Shown here in pieces: positions 11,801-22,790 of a stretch of DNA of 64,000 bases. The notes beneath the pieces were generated by a model. The model was given only the letters and a program-made list of their open reading frames with translations. It was not told the DNA's origin and did not search any database. The DNA lies in the NCBI GenBank assembly GCA_965153285.1, contig OZ229119.1. The stretch is one strand, 5' to 3'. Origin of the DNA: Podarcis tiliguerta. Taxonomy: Eukaryota. How positions within the stretch are numbered: position 1 is the stretch's first letter; every line of letters starts with the position of its first letter. A program made the translations under genes and the position numbers.

Positions 11801-14800
11801 ATCCAGGCAATGAAATTACCTGTTCAAAAAGAATGTACTGTTGCATGGCAGAATAAAGAATGGAGCCTGCCTTGTCTGTATCATCTATACTCAAAGCAGA
11901 ATTTGGCATTTTTACTGCAGAATTCTAGTTTTTGGAAGTCCCAAGTAACACACCTGGCGAGGAAGCTTATTCACTGATCGCAAGTAGTCTTTGTCCAGGA
12001 TGCAATTCCCAAGAGCATTACCAAAGCACCTGAGAAAGGACGAGAGTTAGTCTTTTAGAACACAGTTCCCCTTTTTCATTGCTTTCAGGCTAGCAAAATG
12101 TCTTCTGTTGATTGCTACTTACTTCAGTGCCCTCTTCAGTCCATCTGTAACAGCTTCCTTCCTTGCTTTTTCTAGGGACAAGGCCTTAGACTTCAAGCCT
12201 TCACTTACTCCATAGCCAACATCTTCATGGTATGAGCCATCCTGCAATTTAAGAATACGCAAGAAAAACAAAATGGCCATTTGGGTTTGACTATAGTCAT
12301 CCTAATGAACCTTGGTTTGTGGCATAAGCAGGCCCTGCAGTACATTCAGTTTTTCTGGAGTCTACAGGGACTCAAGTGACAATCAAACCTGAAATATTAT
12401 GCTAGGTCAAAGTATTCCAATCTTCCGCCAGATACAGCCTAAAAAATGGAAACCAACAGCATTTGGATACATGCATTGCAGTTTAAGACTTGTCACTGTT
12501 TAAAAGCAAATGCGTAAGTCAGGATTTTTTCCTACAGTATTTTATTTCATCTTAAAAAACAGGTGTGTATTTTGACCAGTAACAGGTCTAATAAATATGC
12601 ATTTTTGTTCGATAGGAAGTAACACCAACAGTCATATTGTTATGTACCTTTTGCATACTGTTCACTTTACTTTCAGGGCTCTGAAAAACCAGCACCACCA
12701 ACATATCTCCCCACCCCATTTACCTTAAGTTGGACTTTCACAAAGGCACAGACCCCCACATAGAACTTGCCATTATTAAGATCCACAAAATCTGTGAAGA
12801 GCAGAAACAAAAAACAAAAACATTTACTCTAACATAGGGAGCCGGATGATTGGTCTGCCTATCATTACTGTGCACTGGTAGCTAGGCAGTTGTAAAGAGA
12901 TGTAGGAGAAAATATAGGGAATTTAGAATATAGTCACAACACTATTGGCATGGACGCAAATGTTTGTCAAAGAAATTAACCAGAAAGGATACAGAGATAT
13001 TTCCCAAGCAGAATGTTGGTTTCTGAACGCTAGGCTTCTGAGGATAATGTTCAGATAAAAGAGTACATGGACCCGAAAATTACCCTTAAGACATTACTGC
13101 ATTATTGACCTTAGTGAATGGTCAATAGAATGGAATGGAATGCTGTGGACCCCATTTATTTTTATTTCAGCAGAGCATTTGACAAAGCTCATCATGATCT
13201 TTTATTAGCAGACTCGTTGAATGTGTACTGATAAATAACGCTGAATTCAGAGCTGGTTAGAAGCCATACTCAGAAGGGTGTTCATCAATGGCTTCTCATC
13301 AAACTGGATGAATGATTTGAGTGAGGTGATGTAGGGCTCTGGGACTCTTCAGCATCTGATCAATGATTTAAATGAAGGTGTGGAGGAAATGCTAACCTAT
13401 TTGCAGAAGACACAAAGCTGAGATAGATCACTAATGCCTTAGCAAACAGGAGTAAAATTCAGAATGAACTTGGTAGCTTTGGCCCAGCTCCCCATTGTTA
13501 CAATATGAAATTCAACAGAGGCAAATGCTAAGTCCTGCATTTGGGGGAGGTGGGGGGGGGGGGGACAAAAAACCCAAATGGACAGAGAGTCACTTTGAGT
13601 CAGCAGTGTGACGCAGCTGCAGAAAATAGTAATGCAGTTTTAGGCTGCCTTAATCAAGTCATAACGTTTCCCATCAGCTTTTAAAAATATTTTAAAATCA
13701 AACAATTTCATTAGTAGTAATATTCTATGAGGAATTTCAGCTTCTGATAATCTGAATCACATTCAAGATGACAGAATCAGCTTCCCAAGGAACTGGTCTT
13801 TATTTTGTAAATCTCTATGACTCTATCCTCTTGACGAACTGAATATGTGCTGAGAATTTATAATTAAACATATGTAGGTTCAGAGTATTCTCCAGGAAAT
13901 TTTATTTTTTTAATGCAGAGAATGCTACCAATTTCTAGGAGGGGATTAAGGTTTTGTATGCAATGGAATAAAAAGTGAAATATTCATTAGCAAAGCAGGT
14001 AAGAGTAATGTCAGGGATCACAATAGGTTTCAAAACATGAGTGTGCAGACTGGATCTTTTTCCGAAACACTTTTTACAGGAAAATCTATCCATACAGAAA
14101 ACAAGGTTATAATGAAGTATAACTTATAGCTTATAGTATTGGGCTTTCGCTCCCTTTTGCCTTTCTGACAGCTCTGTAGTTTTTGTTACCTAATATTTCA
14201 GATCCTTAAGGTGATCTAGGTGAAGTTTTTGAGATGAGGGTTTTGTTCTTCCAATTGTTGTTACTAAGCTGAAAGACTTAAGTGTCTCCCCTCTGCCTTT
14301 TCCATTCAACCTCCTGTTGCTAGGCCACAAAAGTCCTCCCTCAACACAACAGATCTTTTGAGGATGAGACAGCTGCAGCCATAATTTTGGGAGACGTTTC
14401 CCCCGCCTGTACAGGATTGCAGTTTTCAGCTAATTTTATTTACTTATTTAATGAAAACTGTTTACTGCTAGGGCAAGGATTCTTTTTTCTATATGTATTT
14501 ACTGTGCAACTGACAATACACTGAATTCTGAAATTTAGGGGGAAACCACTTCAATATGTTGTCAAGGTTACCCCATGCCAACTCATGCTGTGCCCCCCCC
14601 AACTGCCATGGAAAATTCTGCTTCCAGGTGGCATGTGAGAAGCACCTTTTCTCAAGATCTGGAAACTCATAATCATATTGTGTTGCATCTAGAAGAGGTG
14701 CTCTGTTCATGGAAAACTCTGAATACTAGCAGAAGATTTCATGAATGAATGGGGCAGGGCACAAGGTTCTCACCAGTTCTCATTTATGCTTTCCATGCCA

Positions 14801-17233
14801 CTTCCCACATAATTCTTGGAGGGGGGGCCCACTCCTCTAGAGCAGGTTTTTGAGGAAAGCAAGAGCTGAAGGAGGAATCAGAAAAATGCTTTCTCCACTT
14901 TCTATTCATGAAAGCTGCTCCTGGATCAAAAACTTCCTTAAGTGGAATAATGCCATTATTTGCACCCAACCTCTTATTGTTTCACTCTGCTAGGATAGTC
15001 TTTTGCTCAAGAACATTTTGATAACTTATAGAACCTGCAGCATGAAGCAGCTGGAAGAAGCTTAAAATTGGTTCTCACCGACATTCTGCTGAGTGACAGA
15101 ATGAGCCCAGCCATTGTAGCCAAACATCTCATTGGCCAGACTGATGACTCTGTGCCCTTCAATGTAGCAAACCTGAAAGTAGAAAGAAAGGACAAAAGTG
15201 TCAAAAATCCTTCTTGGTCAGTTTTCCAGGTACTGTGTCAGACCAAGAATCATCATATCAAAAGAAAATTGGAACACACAATATACCAGCACCTAGTATT
15301 TATAAGACTGTTCCACATTACAGTACCAAACAGCTAACCAAAATTAAAATTAATTGTTCTCAATTTGAGATATTAAATTGATAAGAATTTATTAAATTTT
15401 CAGCTGGAGAATGCTTGCACAAGGCAGTGGTATGGAGCACTTGCAAGGGAAATGGGCAAGGAAGCATTGAGCATCATGTTCAAAATTCTAGGGTTTATGA
15501 TTCAGTAGCATAGCACACCAGATTTTCAGCACATTTGTTTTGAAATTATGAAGGCTATTGCATGTGAAAAGAATCCTACACACCAGGTCTGCCCCATACT
15601 GCACTTATTTCTCTAAATCCCTGGCCAGCAATGGGAGAGTCGCTTTGAGGAAAGGTAGTGGGCCAGGACTGTCCACCTCTCCAAACTGGAGAGCCAGAAA
15701 GTACTATCATTAACAAATGCTGATACCTCTGTGGACACCAGATTTGCCTCTGACTTGGAAGATTGCAGCTTTCAGCAAGCACCACTTGCGGATAACCCTA
15801 CACCAGGCATGCCCAACAGGTTGATCGCGATTTACTGGTAGATCCCTGGGAGGTTTTGGTAGATTGTGGTTGAACACTGGATCCTTTTCCTTAGTGTTGG
15901 TAAAATAGAATCTGGCCCCACCCCCTCCCTTTGAGCTTCGGCTTGAATTCTCAAAAACCGTGGCTTTCCTCCTCCCTAAAAAGCTCAACAACTTTGACCT
16001 GAATGGGGGTAGATCATTGCCAGTTTTTAATTCTGTGAGTAGATCGCAGTCTCTTGGGAGTTGGCCACCCCTGTCCTACACTATGGTGCTCCTCCTGAGA
16101 AAGCAAGGACATAGGAAACTGCCGCCCAAAACGATTCAGGGAAATATGCCCTACCAACAGACAATGGGTAATTTTCAATATCAAGTAAATAAAAACTGTG
16201 TACACACTTTTGTACCTTCTGTCCTCCTCCAGCTTGCCGGCTACTGATGTATTCTGGGCCCAATCTCTGTCGCAGGGCAGCCTGGACGGCCTGGTACTCA
16301 TCTGCTGTATACTGACACTTAAGCAAACCACACACACAATCATGGAAAGATCTAGCATATTCATAACTAATTTCTTCCCCTTTCTTGCAACTGATTTAGT
16401 TCAATCAGTCCCATCCCCCCACAAGAACTTATCTAGTTATACTCTGAAAGCTATATCCAAAAGGAAATATTGTATCTCACAGGGTAGCTCCTTCATTATG
16501 ATAATACCGTGAATTGTTTAAAATGGTAACTACTCCATTGCATGAGTTCCCCCAAGTTCCCCTCTGAGCACTCTTAAGTATAATTCAGCCAAATCAGGAA
16601 GAAATCTCAGCTGGTATATATTTTCCCAATACTTGTCACCAAACACCAACTGAATTAAATAGCAATAATAACTCTTGCGTTGTAGTGTGAGATAAACAAC
16701 AGCAAAAAGAGTGCAAAGAAATATTAAGAGTATCCCAACAGATTTTGGATTTCCAGCTACTCTCTAGGGAAATGGTTTTTATACAAAAACAAATCTGCTT
16801 TCTGCTTTAAAAATGAGTACTTTTTACATTCAAAACACATTGGGATCTTCTCATAAAGATGGCTTTGTACCATATTTTGGATTTGATCCATGTTTCGTCT
16901 GCCTATGCAGAGCTTAAACCAACTACAGTTCCCCAAGTTTGGACGTAACAGGGAACTGTGGTTTATTTAAAAGAAGCATCTAACCCCTTTTCCATGCCCA
17001 GGGTAGGAAGCATAAGAAACCAAGGTTTGTGCAGATTCACTCACATACTTTGAAGCCATGGTTTCCCATTATGTCTCAACTGGGCCGTTATCCATAGTAG
17101 ATTTTGCATTGAAGCCCCACCAGAAAATCCCACACAAATCTGAAGGTGATGGTAAACTGACCTGTCCAAACCACATACTGGAGTTAGCATTGCTGCTGCT
17201 GATTCCATTTCTTGTCAGTTCTGTTCCAGACAT
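5743..17233 (-). CDS. RAD52: RAD52 DNA repair / single-strand annealing protein, complete; 11 coding exons, 401 aa
   Basis: Exons 17162-17233, 16216-16317, 15079-15172, 12724-12791, 12123-12241, 11954-12029, 10352-10539, 8580-8713, 7342-7419, 6201-6413, 5743-5804 sum to 1206 nt in frame; Rad52/22 domain motifs [49 protein letters not shown]; RQKQLQQQF; C-terminal basic [12 protein letters not shown]. Confidence 0.97.
6201..6413 (-). CDS. RAD52: RAD52 exon ([14 protein letters not shown]...PRPHIS)
   Basis: 213 nt, ttccag acceptor, CAG|gtaagt donor. Confidence 0.9.
7153..7260 (-). mobile_element. 5'-truncated tRNA-derived SINE with CR1-type tail
   Basis: Minus strand has B-box GGTTCGAGTCCC and CR1 3' end GGACTAGATGACCCTTGTGGTCCCTTCCAACTCTGTGATTCTATGATT. 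Confidence 0.7.
7342..7419 (-). CDS. RAD52: RAD52 exon ([26 protein letters not shown])
   Basis: 78 nt, strong pyrimidine tract, resembles mammalian HSTP...DFLA. Confidence 0.88.
8580..8713 (-). CDS. RAD52: RAD52 exon ([21 protein letters not shown]; RPA-binding region)
   Basis: 134 nt, cttgtag acceptor, G|gtaaaa donor. Confidence 0.93.
9230..9700 (+). mobile_element. Highly decayed DIRS-like tyrosine-recombinase remnant
   Basis: Fragments [18 protein letters not shown] and [15 protein letters not shown] are colinear with DIRS YR motifs (LS.K..FLVAI, H.LDV.RA, .ASA.AAFGRRVLQ) recalled from vertebrate DIRS. Confidence 0.4.
10119..10315 (-). mobile_element. Tc1/mariner (Tigger-like) MITE, copy 1 of 3
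   Basis: TA|CAGTA ... TACTG|TA termini; shares internal sequence with copies at ~19020-19230 and ~55215-55420. Confidence 0.7.
10352..10539 (-). CDS. RAD52: RAD52 exon ([27 protein letters not shown]...EQDQQS)
   Basis: 188 nt, phase-2 donor AG|gttgga matches the next exon. Confidence 0.9.
11954..12029 (-). CDS. RAD52: RAD52 exon ([25 protein letters not shown])
   Basis: 76 nt, after a 93-nt intron. Confidence 0.97.
12123..12241 (-). CDS. RAD52: RAD52 exon ([39 protein letters not shown])
   Basis: 119 nt, AG/GT flanks. Confidence 0.97.
12724..12791 (-). CDS. RAD52: RAD52 exon ([23 protein letters not shown])
   Basis: 68 nt, AG/GT flanks. Confidence 0.97.
13130..13660 (+). mobile_element. 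CR1 LINE reverse-transcriptase fragment (decayed)
   Basis: Degenerate [36 protein letters not shown] (FADD box), [13 protein letters not shown]. Confidence 0.85.
15079..15172 (-). CDS. RAD52: RAD52 exon ([31 protein letters not shown])
   Basis: 94 nt, tttcag acceptor, gtgaga donor. Confidence 0.97.
16216..16317 (-). CDS. RAD52: RAD52 exon (CQYTADEY...AGGGQK)
   Basis: 102 nt, AG/GT flanks, in ORF track. Confidence 0.97.
17162..17233 (-). CDS. RAD52: RAD52 first coding exon ([24 protein letters not shown])
   Basis: tttag|GA-ATG acceptor at 17235; CAG|gtcagt donor. Confidence 0.92.
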
Positions 17234-18010
17234 TCCTAAAAGAAAGTAATATGAACATCAATATATATGATCAAAATAGAGTTATTTACCATTTTTAAAT
17301 AAGCATATTAAAGACACTGTACCCCATTGTGAGTAGGCAGGACAGGATACTCAGTAGCAGGAATATCAAACAGGTTTTGCTCTTACACGCCCCCCCCCCC
17401 ATGTTCTTTATGTGTCTAAATAGGAGTAAGGAGTAAGGATTGACAGTTATTCACTTCTACATGAGATGTGAATATAAGAATGCATATATAAGAGCATATA
17501 TAAAGGGATAAATACACTCAGGGATACCCTTGAAACCTGTCTTTCTGTCTTGTTGTCATCCCATCTTAGATCCTGTCCCTTTTCTCAGCTCCAACCCCTA
17601 TGCAGCTCTGCATCCTCTGCTGCTCAGCAATTTCTGGTGTTTAGCTGTGGGGGATCTTGGAAAGTCTGTAACCTCATATGCCTGCACTGCTCAGCAGGAA
17701 ATAATTGTGCAGTGAGGGAAGAGTGGCATGGTTAGAGTTCAGCTCACGACAGAGTTAGAAAACTCTCTTCCTCCATCAGCAGCTTGCTGTGTTTTCACAC
17801 TGAGCACGGAGAGAACTCCCTTTCTCAGTGGCTATCAAGGCAGAATTATCCTGAATTTGTGTGAACTGGAGGTGAAAAGTGTGTAAATGAGTTCATTTCT
17901 GTGGATGTATGAGTGTGGATCTGCGTGGCTTTGCCTCTGTACTCCAATGGAAGGTTACCCATAAAAGAATGCAGTCATTTGATTGAAAACAGTCAAAACC
18001 TCTGTGCTAG

Positions 18011-18033
18011 TGTGTGTGTGTGTGTGTGTGTGT
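18011..18033. repeat. (TG)n microsatellite
   Basis: Direct observation. Confidence 0.9.
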
Positions 18034-18409
18034 CTGTAACAGGCATATATGCTCAAGTTTCCAAGAATCAGCAAAGGTTACCTGCTTTAAACATGAAAAG
18101 ACTCAAGGTACAAGACTATAAGTAAGAAGACTGTCTGCTTTGTATAGATAAAGGAATTGGTTTAGTTATTGATACTGAAGAAATGGGGAAACGCCATTTT
18201 TTGCACCACTTAGAAAATGCACTTTCTGTGCCATTTAGTAATGCCTAACTACTAGTTTTTAAAACTGCTTGAAGTAACCCAATTGTACAGGTATTAAAAC
18301 AGATATCATTAGTAGAAGTGAGAATGTAAAGAAAATCCCATATATTGAAGTAATTAACATTTTTAGAACATTATCACACAAAACCTAGTGATTTTCTTGT
18401 AACTCCTCA

Positions 18410-18725
18410 ATGAAACTGAGCTGGAAGATTCAGAACAGACAAAATGAAGTACTTCACAGTGCACAAAAGCCACTGATGGCCACCAACCTGGGTGGTTTTA
18501 AAAGCGGATTAGAAATATTAATGGAAAAGGCTACCTGTGACCACTAACCCTAATTAATGTATGTATGCTACCTGCAGTTGGAGGCAGTAATGCTGGAAAA
18601 TGCAGGACGGGACTGCTGTTGTGCTTGTGGGCTTCCCATAGACATCTGGTTGGCCACTTTTGAGTACAGAATGCTTGGACCATATGGGTGACAGGATTGA
18701 TCCAGCATGCTCTTCTTGTGTTCTC
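18410..18725 (+). mobile_element. CR1 LINE 3' end (squamate type)
   Basis: GRFRTDK.KY... ORF2 tail plus 3' UTR ending TGATCCAGCA...CTTCTTGTGTTCT; similar to the copy at 39410-39770. Confidence 0.7.
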
Positions 18726-19019
18726 CTTTTTCTGCCAAGTGATATTCTCTTAAACTTCAGCATTTTCCTCTCATCAATGACACATCACAGCTATCATTAG
18801 AATGTGCTAGCATTTTTAATTTTGGAAATGTCAACACCACTTCCTTCGTTTTTTGTTTTTACTACGAAATGTGCTTTTTTAGCATTCTGCAAGCTTTATT
18901 ATTCCAAATGCAACAACTTTTCACAGACCACCTATGCTTTTTGTCAAAACCTTTTACCATATTAAATGACAGAAATACAGGTAAGATGTTAATTTTACTA
19001 CAAAATTTTCCCATTCAGA

Positions 19020-19230
19020 ATTATCATTATAAGTAACTTGTAACTTGTGTGCATTTAACGTGTGCATTCAGCTTTCCATGCTTGGTAAAAAGATTTTTTT
19101 TTAATTAAAAAGGGGGCAGCCATTCAGGAAAAAAAGCTTTGGCAATCCCATCCACAACTGAACCCAAAATGTTTTGAGTATATGCAATTTGGCTTGGAAT
19201 GTAACCCCCGTGTAAATCAACAGTCACCTG
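19020..19230 (+). mobile_element. Tigger-like MITE, copy 2
   Basis: Shares CATTCAGCTTT, TTTGGCAATCCCA, TGTTTTGA and GGAATGTAACCCC with the other two copies. Confidence 0.6.
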
Positions 19231-20244
19231 TAATTTGGCCCATTCATTCAATTAGTGGCAATATAGGCTGATGACCCACCACTTTAAATTGTAAATGGCT
19301 GAGATCCTGGCCTGTCATGCTTCACTTCCATCTCAAAGCAGCCATATGGGAAAACTGCTGATGAGGACCTATGGGTTACAAAATATTAAACAAACTGCAG
19401 AGGTAACCAGTGAGCTTCCAGCTTCAATTCAATACACTGACACAATCACAGCTTGCTTTGTGGAGTAACTATCCCCATGAATCCCTATGTTGGCTGTAAT
19501 CATTAGATCAAGCCTTACTCATATTCCCACTACAGCAAGTGAAACAATCGGCAACAAGGAGGAGTTTCTCTGCAACCACCCACAAGATTGGAAGAAATCC
19601 CAAAGATAGATCAAAACTATGTGCTGTCATACTGAACATGTTTTATTATTTTATTTAAAATATGTAGTGCACCTTTTCCCAAGGTGCCTTGCAATCAAAG
19701 TAAAGTCAAACACAATGCTTATCTATGGGTTGGCAGCTATGATTAATATGATGACCTGGGAGGTTGAAGATTTTATTGGTAGGCTGTGGAAATTTTCCAT
19801 GAAGCTTACCAAATCTGAATTGTTGTTACACTTCTGTATTATGTTGCTTTAGATGTTTTTATTCTTACACAAAATGCTTTGATATAAGGAAAGTAGGTAT
19901 ACAGTTGTGTTAAATAAATATATTCTTCAATAAGAAAAATTTAGCTGAGGATTTCCTACTGATGGGAATTTAAAAGCTCCTTGAATAATCACTTGGGTCA
20001 TTTCCCAGAACTGACTAATAAAAGCTGCTGGCTGAAAATTTATGATGGAGCACAGTATCATTACACTTGCATTTCCAGTAGTCATTATTTCAGAAGTCAC
20101 CAGTCTAACGGGAAACATGGTACTCTTTAAAGCAGAAGCCATCAGTTATATTACTTATGGGATAACCATAGCATTATTTTAAACAAAGGCAGTATTGAAG
20201 CCATTAACTGAAAAGCTGTGTTCTCTTTTCCCCATAGGGAAAGA

Positions 20245-20494
20245 GAGCCAGTGTGGTGTAGTGGTTAAGAGCGGTAGTCTCATAATCTGGGGAACCGGGT
20301 TCACGTCTCCGCTCCTCCACATGCAGCTGCTGGGTGACCTTGGGCCAGTCACACTTCTTTGAAGTCTCTCAGCCCCACTCACCTCACAGAGTGTTTGTTG
20401 TGGGGGAGGAAGGGAAAGGAGAATGTTAGCCGCTTTGAGACTCCTGAAGGGGAGTGAAAGGCGGGATATCAAATCCAAACTCCTCCTCCTCCTC
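20245..20494 (+). mobile_element. Squam3-type tRNA-derived SINE, full length
   Basis: GAGAGCCAGTGTGGTGTAGTGGTTAAGAGC head (A-box), GGTTCACGTC B-box, GGGTGACCTTGGGCCAGTCAC core, (CTC)n tail, CCATAG flanking duplication. Confidence 0.85.
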
Positions 20495-21937
20495 CATAGC
20501 TCATGACTTGGTTCACTTCTGCCACTTGCAGTGCTTTTCTAATCTTTGGCTGTAGGTTTGGCTAATGCGGGTGAATCTTTTGCAATGATAAGGTATGAGA
20601 CTAGCAGAACAATTGAAACTCTCAGTCCACTGTGGTTCACCATCTTCCACCCCAATGCTGTCAGGGAAGTCACACTGTTGAGAAGTGTTCCAATCTCCAT
20701 GCCCCCCCAAAAAACAATATGCATAAGCTATCACCCACAACCAAGGGTGCCAACTTGAATAAAATATGGGGTGCAGGTAAGCCCCACCCCACATAACTGA
20801 TCACAAGACATTGTGAACACACACCATTTGAATGGCAATGGCTATCAACTTGGGGGGCTAGCCCCCTCAAATATTTTGTTGGGGGGAGTGTCAAAGGGAC
20901 CTCAGGCCCTAGGAGTTGGCTCCTATGCCCACAACATCTCCAGCAGAGGTAGCCAGCAGAAACCCATGAAATGTGAGGGCAATGGGCCAGATGCAGACCT
21001 CTTCGCTGCATCAGTCTGGGAGTGGCAAAAACCACACATCAACTCATCTCACACTCATTGCCGAGCATACTCAGATAACATATCCGGTATTCTGTCTAAC
21101 CACTGCTAAATGGAGTTAAACAAGCCAAGTAATAATATACTACCATAAACTGAAATAGTAGGAATACTACAGACTAGCTATGAGAATAATTAAGATTACA
21201 TAATTCCCTCTTGGGAGTCTTCGGCTAAATGCATAGTTGTTGGCATCTGTCTGTCTGGAGAGACAATGGAGTGTGCCTCCAGGGGAGAAGTCAAACCACT
21301 GCATTATGCATAAACACATAGCTGAGATAATTTCATAATGGTTGCAACCATATATAACTCTGGACATTCTCCCTACCACAAGCCTACTTTTAAATTAGAG
21401 AGAGTTATATTCCTTATAGATCTGTGTTTTTAACATTGATTTATACGGTTGAGTTGCATATGCTTGCTAATCATTGTTGTAAACTTCGCTAGAGGGGAGG
21501 AACTTTAATTATAATAATGCTTAATTGTTTTTTAAATGAGTTCCCTCCCCCAATGTTTTTAACTGTTCCTATTTTATCTGCAAGCCGCTTTGAGTCCCTG
21601 TCAGGGGGGAAAAGGCGGGTTGTAAATAAATATATAATTTTAAAAAAAACGTATTTGCACTATCTTGCAGAGCAGGCCCCCTACCCCGAATATTAATCGA
21701 CCCCACCCTCAAAGAGGCCACATTTCCCGGGGCCCCGTGAGACGATTTTCCTCTCGGAAACCCCAACGAAGGTTCGCCCTGATCAACGCGGCTTTACCAT
21801 TTCGGGCGTCTAAGACAGAAAGAAGGCACGAGAGAGAGCCTCTTACGGGGGGCCGGGAAGGGCGCAGTGAAGGAGTCGGGGAGACCCAACACCCCCCCCC
21901 TTTTGTGTCAACTTGGTGACTTCCGCTCTCCAGTTAC

Positions 21938-22080
21938 CTGCACGTGAACGGCGGGCAACGACAGCCACCGCAGAACCTCCTCCCAGCGCCAAACCTTCAG
22001 TCAGGGGCGCCGCTACGGCAAGCGAACGAAGGCAAACTTCCCGCCCGCGGCGGCCGCGCTTGCGCAATACCTCTCCCTGA
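21938..22080 (-). other. RAD52: Probable RAD52 non-coding exon 1 (5' end approximate)
   Basis: Minus-strand donor CAG|gtaact at 21938/21937 inside the CpG island; the first coding exon has an acceptor 2 nt before its ATG, so an upstream exon is required. Confidence 0.55.
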
Positions 22081-22559
22081 GCCCATGGGAGGAGCCTCTA
22101 CGTAGCGCGCCCGCGCGAGTCAGAATTGGAGTTGCCCCGCCAGTGGTGTGTGGCGGCGGCGGCGAAGGGGGGGGGACAGGGGGGCAGACCAGGAATCTGG
22201 GACGTGTCTGGGAAGAGGCGGTGTGGATTGGCGAGGGGAGGCGGGAACGATATTGGGCAGGCGAACGCCTATTGGCCAGGGGGAGGGACCGCCGCGCGAC
22301 TAATGCGATTGGCTTCCGAAGGGCTGGCAGGGAAGGTGGGCGGGGACACGAAGCGCTACGGAGAGCGGAGGGGCCAAGAAGAGGGTCGTGAGCGGGTGAG
22401 CTTGTGGTGGTTGGCGGGAGGAGGGAGGGGGGCGAGTGGGAAGGCTTGTAAGCGGAGCATGCTGGGTGTAGTACGAGTGAATCGATCGATCCCATCGATG
22501 GTCGCGTGAGGCGGGCGGGGCGGGCGTGTGAGGGAAGAAGAGGTCTTAAGCGTGTGGCG

Positions 22560-22790
22560 CGCGCCGGCGAAGAGCGAGGGGAGGCAGGGCTCGCGCCAGG
22601 GGAGAGGCGGGGCTTGGTGTTCGCCTCGCGCCGGGGGCGCGGGCGGGGAGCTGCTCGCTCGGGTGAGGAGGAGCCGGAGCGCCAGCCGTGAGGGGAGCAG
22701 CGGGCGGAGGAAGACCAGCCTGCTTGGTGCCGCCGCCGCCACAGCAGCTGACAGACTGTGGCAGGGAAGCTCAGCCGACCACGGAGGCAG
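22560..22790 (+). other. ERC1: Probable ERC1 non-coding exon 1 (boundaries uncertain)
   Basis: GC-rich (GCC)n leader followed by candidate donor CAG|gtcaga at 22790; another candidate donor near 22662. Confidence 0.4.

Noticed and set aside
20245-20320. tRNA gene
   Set aside because: The A/B boxes belong to a SINE head that continues into SINE body and tail; the same applies at 32798 and 7230
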